Source of the DNA: an uncultured Bacteroidaceae bacterium
GTDB lineage: Bacteria > Bacteroidota > Bacteroidia > Bacteroidales > DTU049
Assembly: GCA_964547605.1 (NCBI GenBank)
Contig: CAZJOL010000002.1
Span: forward strand, 1-40,116
Length of the DNA stretch: 40,116 nt
Reading direction: 5' to 3'
Made by a program: the position numbers and the translations under genes. Positions 39,407 to 40,116 of the stretch are shown piece by piece; the first letter of the stretch is position 1, and every line of letters begins with the position of its first letter. The notes beneath the pieces were generated by a model. That model worked only from the letters and a program-made list of their open reading frames with translations, had not been told where the DNA came from and did no database searches.

Positions 39407-40116
39407 ATGAGTCGTCTCGTCAATACCTTCAAGAATATCAACAAAATTGAGGATCTGAAAAAGAGAATCCTCTACACGTTGCTGATCATATTGATTTATC
39501 GCTTCGGATCCTACGTGGTTTTGCCTGGTATTGATCCCAACGCTCTGGGTGCTCTTCAGAATCAGGGACAGGATGGTCTGCTCGGACTTATCAACATGTT
39601 CTCCGGCGGTGCTTTCTCCAATGCTTCTGTTTTTGCGCTTGGAATTATGCCTTATATTTCTGCTTCAATCGTAGTGCAGCTTCTTGGGATGGCAATCCCT
39701 TATTTCCAGAGACTGCAGCGCGAAGGTGAAAGCGGAAGAAAGAAAATGAATCAGATTACCCGTTACCTGACTGTTATTATTACAGCAGCTCAGGCTCAGG
39801 GTTATATCGCAAACCTCGCATCTCAGATACCTGCCGGTGGCATTTATCCTTTCGATGCGACGATATCCCAGGTTCCATTCCTTTTCCGTTTGTCCGCAAC
39901 CATAATTCTGACAGCCGGAACGCTGTTTGTAATGTGGCTCGGAGAACGCATTACGGATAAAGGTCTCGGAAACGGTATTTCACTCATTATTATGATTGGT
40001 ATCATTGCCCGTCTGCCTTTTGCTCTGATTGCTGAATTTGCATCACGCATGGAAGTTGCCGGCGGTGGACTGATGGTTTTCATTATTGAGCTCGTTATTT
40101 TGGTTCTCGTTGTTGT
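39407..40116 (+). CDS. secY: Preprotein translocase subunit SecY, 3'-truncated by the window edge
   Basis: Hand-translated from ATG 39407: MSRLVNTFKNINKIEDLKKRILYTLLIILIYRFGSYVVLPGID...FSGGAFSNASVFALGIMPYISASIVVQLL...QREGESGRKKMNQITRYLT... Open to the end of the window. Absent from the ORF track because no stop codon is reached. Confidence 0.93.
   Translation, partial: MSRLVNTFKNINKIEDLKKRILYTLLIILIYRFGSYVVLPGIDPNALGALQNQGQDGLLGLINMFSGGAFSNASVFALGIMPYISASIVVQLLGMAIPYFQRLQREGESGRKKMNQITRYLTVIITAAQAQGYIANLASQIPAGGIYPFDATISQVPFLFRLSATIILTAGTLFVMWLGERITDKGLGNGISLIIMIGIIARLPFALIAEFASRMEVAGGGLMVFIIELVILVLVV

Noticed and set aside
1-40116. Visual scan for CRISPR arrays, tRNA/rRNA genes, IS elements, integrases, prophage genes and long direct or inverted DNA repeats.
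   Set aside because: None was recognised. The intergenic regions are short (at most ~276 bp) and are accounted for by promoters and terminators. A computational scan (tRNAscan, Infernal/Rfam, a repeat finder) would be needed to exclude small ncRNAs.

Overview
This window looks like a chromosomal segment from a Bacteroidota bacterium. The evidence is three proteins with T9SS (type IX secretion system) C-terminal sorting domains, TAnnTTTG-type -7 promoter boxes, a BlaR1/TonB fusion, and a str-S10-spc ribosomal cluster with no tuf between fusA and rpsJ. The left ~27 kb is protease-rich and envelope-oriented. It holds two tandem paralogous gingipain-like C25 proteases with T9SS tails, the first cut by the window edge, followed by an S46 dipeptidyl-peptidase. 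A minus-strand radC-wecB-deacetylase-like-FemAB-like operon comes next. After that are a large double-receiver/PEP-pyruvate-binding (ATP-grasp) protein, DAHP synthase/chorismate mutase, a SAM methyltransferase, an ABC ATPase and a PduO-type adenosyltransferase. A BlaI/BlaR1(M56)-TonB_C sensor pair follows. Divergent from it is a two-gene module: a PorV/PorQ-family outer-membrane barrel plus a 1685-aa PorU-like C25 'sortase'. The right ~13 kb (27133 to the end) is an ordinary, tightly packed ribosomal operon running rpsL-rpsG-fusA-rpsJ...rplO-secY. It includes a 59-aa L30 gene missing from the ORF track, and secY is cut by the window edge. I saw no rRNA, tRNA, CRISPR array, transposase, integrase or obvious mobile element. 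The best candidate for a poorly described system is the PorV-like/PorU-like pair, a possible auxiliary T9SS sorting module, together with its candidate cargo (the tandem C25 proteases) and the adjacent BlaI/BlaR1-TonB sensor. All functional calls rest on motif recognition by eye. No searches were run.
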